Positions 63,964 to 64,000 of a DNA stretch of 64,000 bases are shown here, one piece after another (position 1 is the first letter of the stretch; each line of letters opens with the position of its first letter). This DNA is from Phallusia mammillata. Its lineage: Eukaryota. A program made the translations under genes and the position numbers. The DNA is taken from assembly GCA_965637545.1 (NCBI GenBank), contig OZ281499.1, forward strand, positions 1,488,001-1,552,000, written 5' to 3'. The notes beneath the pieces were generated by a model. That model saw nothing but the letters and a program-made list of their open reading frames with translations, made no database searches and was not told the DNA's origin.

Positions 63964-64000
63964 ATGGATCAAAAAATACCAGGGAAGTTGTGGCAATGAA

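Overview
AT-rich, intron-containing animal genomic DNA; an ascidian (tunicate) origin is my inference, not established. It has no prokaryotic features. The window is dominated by a family of unknown function: 14 copies of a two-exon gene encoding ~300 aa (long exon 1 starting MTCSIDD, a phase-2 intron, and an 88/94-nt exon 2 encoding YLG(D/N)KD...FFAL). Eight copies look intact, two have lost the splice acceptor, two are frameshifted pseudogenes and two are fragments. They form a left + cluster (1-13.4 kb), an inverted - block (44.4-50.0 kb) and a right + cluster (52-60 kb). The copies are mosaics of shared segments, and their proximal promoters keep a short core resembling IRF and NF-kB sites (plus CRE and C/EBP-like sites in several), suggesting an immune-inducible, recombination-diversified family. 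Between the clusters lie a minus-strand gene with a short-chain-collagen-C4-like domain and a KLHL20/diablo orthologue. The KLHL20 BTB exons could not be found, and four of its exons sit in a near-perfect 6,359-bp tandem duplication. Much of 5.6-17.6 kb is repeated at 52-64 kb. Also present: hAT-type MITEs with filled and empty sites, degenerate non-LTR retrotransposon fragments, a 30-bp CCAAT minisatellite and hammerhead-like motifs.
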